DNA of 63,683 bases, the filler included. It is 5 parts of 5 records of this genome, joined end to end, with 100 filler letters (N's around TTAATTAATTAA, not from the genome) between each part and the next. Parts side by side here need not be neighbours in the genome. Positions count along the whole stretch, not along the records: positions 48,925 to 58,035 come from SRR20825019_1819; positions 58,136 to 63,683 come from SRR20825019_1846; 3 more parts are not named here. One strand, 5' to 3'. Made by a program: the position numbers and the translations under genes. Shown in pieces: positions 56,085 to 63,683 of the stretch; the stretch's first letter is position 1; every line of letters starts with the position of its first letter. The notes beneath the pieces were generated by a model that did not search any database, had not been told where the DNA came from, and saw only the letters and a list, made by a program, of their open reading frames with translations.

Positions 56085-56184
56085 GCCTAACGACAATAGC
56101 GCGCGTCTAAGGGATGGAGGTGAAACCGCAATGCGGTAGCAGTAGCCATAGTCGTGACTGTATCGCTTATGGGTTTGGTTGGTC
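56085..56184 (-). repeat. attC-like integron recombination site (degenerate)
   Basis: On the minus strand GACCAAC lies 10 nt after a stop codon and GTTAGGC lies just before the RBS/ATG of the next gene. Imperfect inverted arms. The core is repeated at 56829-56867. Confidence 0.55.
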
Positions 56185-56194
56185 ATGTCGAAGC

Positions 56195-56773
56195 TTAGAC
56201 CGTTCTCGGAAAGTGCTCAGCCCACGGAAACTCAAAATTATCCACAAACCCTGTTTTGGAATCATCTCTCACATACTTAGTCGCCATTGTTTTCACTACT
56301 TTTTCCAATGCTTTTTCTGCGTTACCTTGTCTGGCAGGAGAGAAAGCCAGATACTCGTCAGCTTCAAAATGCTTTTTGGTATTCTGGATATGGATTCGGT
56401 TCCTCAATTTCCTGAGCGTATCCAGGGAGTCATAGAAAGTTTTATCCTTGGAATCTAATAAGTCATGTTTGCGTGCACTAGCGATAAGCTTCTCAAACTC
56501 ATCAATTTTTTTCCCTCGGACATACCCCAAAACACTTTCTGCAACATTTTTCACTCCTTCATTCGTGTAGGTGCTGATTCGCATGTGAAAATCAGAGAGG
56601 ATAGCTTCGCATACTGAGGCAATCGTTAGAGTTATTGGCTTACATAACAGCCGGCTCTCATGGTGACCAGACGCGGCTTGCAGCCTGTACAACAATGTTA
56701 AAATTTTCAAATTGTGGTTGATGTTATCCCCAAGCTTGAAGTCTCCCATAAATCCGCTGCTTACCGTAAACAT
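56195..56773 (-). CDS. HEPN-like helical protein (putative RNase toxin)
   Basis: IASVCEAIL and LDTLRKLRNRIH (Rx4-6H-type motif). All-helical composition. Confidence 0.55.
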   Translation of the reverse strand: MFTVSSGFMGDFKLGDNINHNLKILTLLYRLQAASGHHESRLLCKPITLTIASVCEAILSDFHMRISTYTNEGVKNVAESVLGYVRGKKIDEFEKLIASARKHDLLDSKDKTFYDSLDTLRKLRNRIHIQNTKKHFEADEYLAFSPARQGNAEKALEKVVKTMATKYVRDDSKTGFVDNFEFPWAEHFPRTV

Positions 56774-56828
56774 CTATCCGTCTCCATAGAAAAGTTCTAC
56801 TCCAGACCACCGTGGGTGCCAGTAGTAT

Positions 56829-56893
56829 GCGCGGCTAAGGAATGGAGGTAATATCGCAACGCTGTAGGTGTGGCAGTGGCTGGATTTTTAAGG
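56829..56893 (-). repeat. second, more eroded attC-like repeat
   Basis: 32 of 39 nt identical to 56101-56139. Begins with CCTTAAA overlapping the upstream stop codon. Confidence 0.5.
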
Positions 56894-57400
56894 CTGATGT
56901 TCATCGAGGTATGCCTTGACTATCCCTATGGCGGCAGCGGCCTTTTCGCCGTCGACCGACGTCATACCTTGCCAATTATCATTTGGCTTTCGTCCAATTG
57001 CTTCATTGATTTTGACAGCATCAATGGAAACATCACGAACCTTCTGCATTAAATAGACGATCCCCCAAGTATCTCCCACCTCATCGGTTCCCCACAGTTT
57101 GAGAGCCAACTCTTCACACACAAACAGATCTTTAATGACACCAACTCGTAAAACCCTTCTCCCGCGCCGAAATAATACAAGACTTTGGCCAGGGATCATT
57201 TTTGGGATCTGGTGGTACCTTTCAAACTTGGCGCCCCAAATGTAGAAGTGGCCTTCCGGGTAGCCTTCCTTAATTTTCCGAAGCTTCTCTGCAGGAATAT
57301 ATCGTTCTAAATATTTTAAGGCCACGGGCTTTTCCAAGGTTTTTCCCACATTGGACTTCGCATACTTGCTGCTGACTTGTTGAAGAACCACGTATGCCAT
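56888..57400 (-). CDS. stand-alone EVE/PUA-like putative modified-DNA-binding domain
   Basis: YVVLQ..KTLEKPV..YPEG.FYIWG...G..LVLF..G...LA.KLWGTD..GDTW..VY..INEAIG..N.NWQG resembles the N-terminal reader domain of modification-dependent HNH endonucleases. No nuclease domain. Confidence 0.55.
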   Translation of the reverse strand: MAYVVLQQVSSKYAKSNVGKTLEKPVALKYLERYIPAEKLRKIKEGYPEGHFYIWGAKFERYHQIPKMIPGQSLVLFRRGRRVLRVGVIKDLFVCEELALKLWGTDEVGDTWGIVYLMQKVRDVSIDAVKINEAIGRKPNDNWQGMTSVDGEKAAAAIGIVKAYLDEHQP

Positions 57401-57515
57401 GTTTTGAAAACCTTAACAGCGATTGAATAGCGCTATTCGTTTTTGCAAAAAACTGTTTCCGCAGCATTTAACTACTACACTAGACTATTCAGAGCCCCTT
57501 GCCTTCAGAGGTTAC

Positions 57516-57558
57516 AAAAAACAAAAAACTCTGCTTGGGGATCGTCTGGAGCAGAGTT
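57516..57558 (-). terminator. rho-independent terminator after urtE
   Basis: AACTCTGCT-loop-AGCAGAGTT hairpin followed by TTTTGTTTTTT on the minus strand. Confidence 0.75.
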
Positions 57559-57608
57559 CTTAAGGATGGAAGTGAGCTGGCCCCAGACGCAGCAGTAGGA
57601 GAGCGCTA

Positions 57609-58035
57609 CTAGACAGTGAGGTGCTTTTTTATTAACTTACCAGACAGCTCGCCAATCCCCCCCTCAGCAACCCTCCTCCCCCGATCCAGAATCGCAAACC
57701 GATCCGCATACTTCCTCGCAAACGACAACTTCTGCTCAACCAACAACACAGTCAGCCCATCCTCTTTGATAAGCCTGCGAATAACCTCCCCAATCTGCGC
57801 CACAATATTCGGCTGAATGCCCTCCCCCGGCTCATCCAGAATCAGCAGCCTGGGCTCAATCACCAGCGCCCTTCCAATGGCCAGTTGCTGTTGCTGCCCA
57901 CCGGAAAGGTCGCCCCCTCTGCGGTTCCGCATTTCCTTCAGCACCGGAAACAGCTCATACACCCGCTCGGGAATCTTCTTGCTGCCGTCCTTGCGCACGG
58001 CCAAACCGGTGCGCAGGTTTTCTTCCACGGTCAGC
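57609..58035 (-). CDS. urtE: urea ABC transporter ATP-binding subunit UrtE (5' truncated)
   Basis: YELFPVLKEMRNRRGGDLSGGQQQQLAIGRAL..LILDEPGEGIQPNIV..VLLVEQ. Confidence 0.88.
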
Positions 58036-58135
58036 NNNNNNNNNNNNNNNNNNNNNNNNNNNNNNNNNNNNNNNNNNNNTTAATTAATTAANNNNNNNNN
58101 NNNNNNNNNNNNNNNNNNNNNNNNNNNNNNNNNNN
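58036..58135. other. artificial contig spacer
   Basis: N44-TTAATTAATTAA-N44. Confidence 0.98.
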
Positions 58136-61100
58136 CTGGTATACGTTTGTGTTCTATGGTTCTGGCATATGGTTGTGGTCTGATCAGGGATCAGGATTTC
58201 GAGGACACCGCCGCGGGTGTGCTGGCGTTCCCCAAGTCCAGCACCGCAACCATCAGCAACGTCCGCATAGCACACAACCGCATGACGGCCGTTCATGCCG
58301 AGCACGGCGCCTCTGTGGATCTCGTCGACGTGACGGCAGAGGAGAACGTACCGGCGTCGGAGTGTGCCGTGCGGCTGGAAGGGGGTGCGGGGGACCACCA
58401 CGTCACGCGGTGCGTGTTCCGAGCCAACAGCAGGGGCGCCCTCTGCGGTGAACATGAGGCGACGCTGTGGGTCGAGGGTAGCGCCTTCACGGATAACCAG
58501 TATACGGACGGATCCGGGGCCGCGATCAAGGTCTTTCACAAGACCCGCGCTGTGCTCATAGGCACGTCCTTGACGAGGAACAGGGCGGCTTACGGCGGAG
58601 CGGCGGCGGCGTTCGAGGCATCTTTTATCGAGGGTGGGTCGCAGGGGCAGTCAGTGCTATGGTGTGGTGTTGGGCCGGGCACTGACGAGACAGCAGGGGC
58701 GAGCGTGACAGCCGTTGACAACGAGGCCTCCTTGGATGGCGGCGCCGTGTTCATGGAGCTGCTCGACACCCGGGTCACCAAGGCCATACTGGAAGACTGG
58801 TGGCTGTCGGGTAACAGCGCCAAAGGGCGGGGCGGGGCCGTGGCGCTGAATATCGACATGACACCTTCTAGCATGCGAATGTGAGATGTCTTTGCGTTGT
58901 GTTGTTTTGTACACGAGACTGCCTGGGGCGGGAATCGGCGGACCGCGCGCTGACAGCCTTGGCAGGCAAAGCTTCTTTGAGTGGAGAAACGTCACCTCCA
59001 TCGGTAACAGCGCCGGCGCCACAGGCGGCGCCTTTAGTATTCGCGAAAAGCACTCGGCGGCCGCGTTGATCCTGTCGAAGCAAGGGTTTCACAACTCCTT
59101 GTTTCTGAACAACACTGCGATTGGTGGCGGGGCCCTGGCTGTGTCGGGACGGATCATAGAATTATCGGTTCTGGGATGCGAATTCCGCAACAACCACGCC
59201 TCGCCTAACATCGGGTCCGGCGGTGCCATCCTGTCCGAGAATACATTCGTCCGTGTGTCCACCACTCAGCTGTACGAGTCCTACCCGGACTCAAACACCA
59301 CCTTCACCTCCAACAGCGCCTGGAAGGGCGGTGCCGTGTACTCCTCGGGCCGCATCACCTTTTCCGAGGCGGTGCTGGAAGGGAACAAAGCTGTCGTAGG
59401 GGGCGGCGGTGAGTGCCTGTAGGAGTGGGCGGGCAGGACTGACCCCCAGGACAGGTGCCTATGTCACGGAGGGCGATGTTGTGTTTCTGAATTGTGTGAT
59501 CCGGGGGTGCGAAGCCGGGCCTGTCGAGACGAGAGACGGCAGCCGCGGCGGCGGTATCATGGTACGTGGGACTGGTGGAGCTGGCACCGGGAGTCCGGTG
59601 TGGCTAATGTGGCTCTTATCTCCAGGCCTTCAAGGCCAATTCGGTCCTTATACACGGCACCGTCCTGCTGGGCAACAGGGCGATGCACGGGGGTGCCGTC
59701 TCGATGGAAGGGACCGAGCTTGTCCTGGTTGGCTCGAAAGCCGTCGGCAACACTGCCGAGCGTAAGTGGGTGTGCGGGCGCGGGCCGATCGTGCTGACCT
59801 TAGTCTCTTCCTCAGTCAACGGTGGCGGCATCCACCTCAGGAACACAATCATGAGGCTGTCTTCGTATATACACAAGGCCCAACCCCAGCCCCCGACAGT
59901 CGCCAAGAACCAGGCCTTTGCGGGGGGCGGTATATTTTTGGACGCATCGTCGCTCCACCCCGACGTGGTGCAGCACGATGAGGACAAGCACATCCTGGCC
60001 TGCGAGCACAACAGAGCAACCTACGGCGGGGCCCTGGCGACACAGGGGGCGGTGGACTGCTGGGCCGGGCCGAGCGTGCTGGAGCGCTCCCGCTTTTCGC
60101 ACAATGAGGCCCATGCGGGCGGCGCCGTGTTCTTCGTGGAGGCGGACCCGCGGCTATCGTGGAACGACAAGAGGTGCGGATACCAGGCATCCGACATTGG
60201 GGCGATGGAGGGCAACCGCGCGGACGGCTACGGCCCAGACGTTGCCGGGACCGCACTGGACGCCGAGTTGACCGCGGCCCTCCACGGACCGGCCAAACAG
60301 ATGCTAGCCATACAAGGCCGGGCGGTGGACTTGTTCGGTCAGGTGGGCTGCCCCCCGGTTTGAGTCATGGTGGAATTTCGGCGCGGGCTGACTGTTGTTT
60401 GCAGGAGGTAACGATTCCGACCAGGTCCGGGTCTCACGGAGTGTCCATGCGGATGGTCCTTGAGGGACAGGAAATGCTGCTGATGGACAACTCCCCCGTG
60501 CAGTCCCGGCCCGAGATGGTGGAGGTGGCAGGTGACACAGCCGCCTTCATTATGGCGGAGGGCCGCTTCAGCGATGGGAGGGCCCTCGCCAACACCACCG
60601 TGTTGCTGGAAGCACGCCCCGTGACCACCTATCACGGCTCCACGGAGTACGGGCGCCCGGCGCGCGTGAATGTGGAGGTCCAACTCTGTCCGCACGGAAC
60701 AGAACTGACCCGGGACCGCGACCCCATCTCGGAGCAGACACTGGTGTGGCGGTGTAGGCGGTGTGCGCCCGGCAGCGCCGGGACGGATGGGGAGTGCCGG
60801 AGGTGCCCTGCAGGAACCTTTCCGGAGTGCGATAAGGACGGGATCTGTCTGGGCTGCGCCGGGTGCCCTCCCGATAAGTATGCGAGCAGCGCCGGCAGCG
60901 TGGCCTGCCTGCGCTGCCCACCGAACGCCGTCGCATCTCCCGACAGGACCTCGTGCGAATGTGGGCCGGGACGGTACGGGCCCGGGCTGGAGTGAGTGCG
61001 GCCGGCGGGGCGGAGCGGTCCATGATCTGACATTGTGCCGCAGTGAGTCTACCATGCTCCTGTCCTGTGAGACGTGCCCGGCCGGCGCCCGGTGCCGAGG

Positions 61101-62805
61101 TGGCAAGACGCCGACGGGCGTGGAAGCGGGGCACTGGGCGCACCCCGCCCATCCAGTGGAGGTGATCCCGTGCCGAAATCCCTTCAGGTAGCGGGCGCAA
61201 TGCGCGGTGGAGTGGGGGGCGCTGACGGTGCGGTTGCAGGTGTCTCGGCGGAGATGTGTCCGGGGACGTCTGCAGTCCCAACGCCTACGGCCCTATGTGT
61301 ACAGGTGAGAGGATCCAACCCCCGAATCAACGCCACATGATTTCGGCATTCTGGGCTGCGTGGCTGACGTACCCGGTTTCAGAGTGCCGGCCCGGCTACT
61401 TTGGCGGGATCAACTCGGAATGCAATCGCTGCCCGTCCGCCGCCCTGGCCATCACCGCGCTGTGCCTTCTGATCATCGTGAGCGGGGCCGGGCTGTGCAT
61501 CCTGTTCGCCCTCGGGGTGACCAAGGGACTCAACTTCACCACCATCCGCCTCATAGTATTCTTCATCCAGATCCTGGTCTCCCTGCGCACCTACACCACC
61601 GCGTGGCCCGCCTACATCGGAGTGCCGCTGTACGTCCTCTCGGGGCTCGTAATGACCCCGTTGATGATATTCACCTCGAGTTGTTGGGCCAGCCTCGGAT
61701 TCTTGATTAACGACAAGGGATTCGTACCGTTCCAGACCACCTACACACTAAGCCTGCTCTCACCATTTGTGCTGACGGCCGTCGGCGCGGCGTTCGGCAT
61801 CTGTCGTTGGATGATGGTGCGGCGGTGGCGGCGTGGCACGGCCTCGGGCAAGGAGGTGAAGGTGGCGGTGGTCAGGAACATCCTGTGGGTTCTCATCCTG
61901 ATCTATCCGTACCTGAGCGTCACGGCCATCAAGCTCTTCTCTTGCAAGCACTTCTCCTTCGGAGCCCGCCTCTCCTACCATCTGGTCGAGAACTGCTCGG
62001 AGCGGTCCCCATTCGCCTTTGCGCTCGGGGGGGCGTTCCTGGTTTGCTTCAACCTCGGGGTACCGGCGGTCCTCATCATCGCGCTGATCCTCCGCCGGGA
62101 CACCTCCTACACCTACCGCGGCCATGTGGTGGTCGAGGCGGCCTCCTTCCTCACAACGGACCTGCGCCCCGAGTATTATCCCCACGAAGTCGGCCAGCTG
62201 CTGCTGCGGAGGTGAGAGTCCGGTTGTGGGACCATCCGTTATGGCTATCTAATGTGTCTTGCAGCCTGCTGGAGAGTGTCCCGGTGATCTTTGTCAACCA
62301 GCCAATGTCGGCATTCTTCATCATGATGTTCCTGCTGAGCGCGAACCTGGCTTACGTATCATTCTGCCATCCCTATGCGGTCCATATGTTCAACAAGCTC
62401 TCCCTGTGCATCGCCTTCGTCGTGACCATCGTGTCGCTCGTCGGAGCGATCGACTTGCCCAACACGCGCGATGCCGAGCAAGGGACCCTGATCGTCGTTC
62501 AGAACGGCCTGCTGCTCGTGTCAATTGCTCTAGTCATCCTGGTGGTGGCGGTGAGGCTCAGGATTTGTGTGTCCAAGATCATGACCGCCTGCTGTATGGG
62601 CTGCATGAACAAACTGTTCGGCATGGGAGATGGCGTCGTAATGGACTGGGATGAGCTCCGTGACTCTGACGCGGATGAGACCGGTGAAGTTGGTGTGCCA
62701 GTGGACGGGCCTGGCATGGACGGGCCTGGCGTGGGCGGGCCTGGCGTGGACGGGCCTGGCGTGGACGGGCCCGGGCCCGAACTGAAGGCAGGCATGACGC
62801 CATAA
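58136..62805 (+). CDS. eukaryotic multi-exon surface protein: GGA(I/V/L) parallel beta-helix repeats + Cys-rich (GCC2/GCC3-like) region + multi-pass TM domain (5' truncated)
   Basis: Repeated N.A..GGAV/GGAI motifs, CRRCAPG..CPAGTF..CPPDKY..CLRCPPNA..CECGPGRY, and hydrophobic helices at ~61440-62560. Short GT-AG introns with CTGAC branch sites. Confidence 0.75.
62701..62775 (+). repeat. 15-bp coding minisatellite (GTGGACGGGCCTGGC x5, VDGPG)
   Basis: Five tandem units, directly visible. Confidence 0.9.
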
Positions 62806-63021
62806 GGACGGGGGGTCCTGGCATACTGATATGCGAGGTGCCTCGGTCCCAGGACGTGTTGTCACGTTATTGACGGAGTCAAGTAGCCGCCCCCGCGAGC
62901 GGAGGCTCATCGGCTCAATTCAACGCAATTATAAAGAACTCAAAAGTTTATTGATACCCGAGGTGACTCTGGTACCAGGGGGCGCACGCCGATAGGGCCT
63001 GGGGTGGGTCACTATGATAGT

Positions 63022-63683
63022 CTATCCGGACTGGTTGGTGCCTGTCTTGACGGTGCCGCTGGAACCCTTCACAAACAGCAGAGCGTACTGCAGGAACAGT
63101 CAGAGCCACCGAGTGATACGAGGGAACGGGGACGGTACCTGCTTGAACACCTTGCTGGAGTTGATGGTGGCGGTGAAGGCATCGGTGATCTTGTCGACGG
63201 CAAGGTCCTCCTTCTTCCATTCCTCATAGAACTTGCCTATATTTCACATCAGCTCATGCGCGCCACGCACTGCGGCCAGGCTGACACTTACCAGAGAACT
63301 TGCTGGCACAGAGCTCCTTAGAGTCGCATCCAAAGGCGCCTCCTCCTGTCGAGGGTGTTAGCGGCGATGTGACTGGAGGCAGGGATGCGCGGTGCACTCA
63401 CCACCAATGACGTCGTTGTGGGCAATCACGGCCTTGAATCCGGCATCGAGCCAGGCCTGGGAAATACGTCAAGTTAGCACTGGGCGCCGGCAGCCGGGCG
63501 GGCCGGGCGGGGTCTCACCTGGGCCAGGGCGTCAGTGGCGCCGGCCACGCAGACAGAGAGGACGACGAGCTTGTTCTGGACGCTCTCGGCGGTGCAGCCC
63601 AGCTCGCCCACCTTGGCGGGGTCAATGATGTATTCTGGCAAGCCGGAAGGTCAGGGGCGGGGCGGCGGGGGGGGGGGGGGGGG
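63022..63683 (-). CDS. multi-exon hypothetical protein, 3' part only
   Basis: Several GT-AG introns with CTGAC/CTAAC link short exons ending ...TGTNQSG*. Confidence 0.45.

Overview
The window is not one locus. It is five contigs joined by artificial 100-bp spacers (N44-TTAATTAATTAA-N44). (1) 1-13916 is a bacterium, probably Verrucomicrobia/Opitutae-like. It carries a PEP-CTERM protein, a PhyH dioxygenase, two tandem M14 carboxypeptidases, two tandem uncharacterised ~507-aa paralogs, an SMR/Gdx exporter behind a POT peptide transporter, a six-hairpin glycosidase, a partial heparinase II/III-like gene and several REP-like repeat families. (2) 14017-37809 and (3) 37910-48824 come from a compact-genome microbial eukaryote with ~45-56-nt GT-AG introns and very GC-rich blocks upstream of almost every gene. 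Genes include an EB1-type CH-GAF-PAS-PAS protein, LPCAT/LPEAT, SPP/SPPL, PGAM5, TBC-TLDc, CRC/tesmin, a kinase, ADGF/ADA2, a KIAA1143-like protein, a secreted beta-prism/EGF/coiled-coil protein, MDH with a PTS2-like leader exon, PRELI and a Nup37-like WD40 protein. (4) 48925-58035 is a proteobacterial defence island. A dndBCDE phosphorothioation operon has a divergent, insertion-split GIY-YIG nuclease on one side. On the other side are three convergent lower-GC genes (EVE/PUA-like reader, HEPN-like protein, Mrr-type nuclease) separated by degenerate attC-like repeats, inserted downstream of urtE. (5) 58136-63683 is a GC-rich eukaryote encoding a beta-helix/Cys-rich/multi-TM surface protein. 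The best candidates for undescribed biology are the Dnd-associated nuclease and cassette-like defence genes, the EB1-CH-GAF-PAS fusion, the PTS2 leader exon on cytosolic-type MDH, and the GC-island promoter architecture. All family calls come from motif recognition by eye; no database search was run.
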